Shown: positions 31,930 through 32,000 of the stretch, piece by piece
Layout of the letters: every line of letters starts with the position of its first letter
Numbering within the stretch: position 1 is the stretch's first letter
Assembly (NCBI RefSeq): GCF_000306885.1
Contig: NC_018267.1
Span: 330,001-362,000 of the forward strand
DNA: 32,000 nucleotides
Direction of reading: 5' to 3'
Origin: Wolbachia endosymbiont of Onchocerca ochengi
Lineage (GTDB): Bacteria; Pseudomonadota; Alphaproteobacteria; Rickettsiales; Anaplasmataceae
The notes under the pieces: model-generated
Seen by the model: only the letters and a program-made list of their open reading frames with translations
What the model was told of the DNA's origin: nothing
The model's database searches: none
Translations under genes and position numbers: made by a program

Positions 31930-32000
31930 ATGAAAAAGATGATCAACAGTGTGTTCGCAAGAGAAATTTTAGATAGTAGAGGTTATCCAACTATTGAAGT
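31930..32000 (+). CDS. eno: Enolase, 5' end only (runs off window)
   Basis: ATG at 31930, translation [24 protein letters not shown] matches the enolase N-terminus. Confidence 0.9.
   Translation, partial: [23 protein letters not shown]

Noticed and set aside
1-32000. CRISPR arrays, insertion sequences, phage genes, toxin-antitoxin or defence operons
   Set aside because: No regularly spaced repeats, transposase/integrase motifs or recognisable defence modules were seen on either strand. The decayed ATPase alone does not establish a defence system.

Overview
This 32 kb window comes from an AT-rich, low-coding-density alphaproteobacterial chromosome, most likely Anaplasmataceae (Ehrlichia/Anaplasma/Wolbachia-like), judging by a P44/Msp2-OMP1-type surface antigen ORF and the housekeeping gene set. 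Genes that look intact are holB-like, tsaC-like, yajC, era, a PolB-like 3'-5' exonuclease, prs, gatC, mtaB, the Msp2/P44-type OMP, a CDF cation transporter, tRNA-Val(GAC), pyrB, an iron ABC substrate-binding protein, nadK, rpmE, fabD, gpmI, rsmH, rlpA, murC and the 5' end of eno. The ORF track leaves the long 'intergenic' regions blank, but manual reading across stops and frameshifts shows that several are gene fossils: (1) glmS, decayed almost end to end, 3039-4855 (+); (2) a secretin of the MshL/GspD-like class, 10908-~12340 (-); (3) an archaeal-type AAA ATPase with a DUF234-like C-terminus, ~28236-29640 (-); (4) a probable ankyrin-repeat gene, ~27590-28100 (-). Unidentified decayed coding regions lie at ~14.1-16.3 kb, ~17.5-18.1 kb and ~19.7-20.65 kb. 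I found no CRISPR array, intact mobile element or convincing new defence or biosynthetic system. The most interesting content is this ongoing gene decay. All family assignments are from motif recognition; no database search was run.
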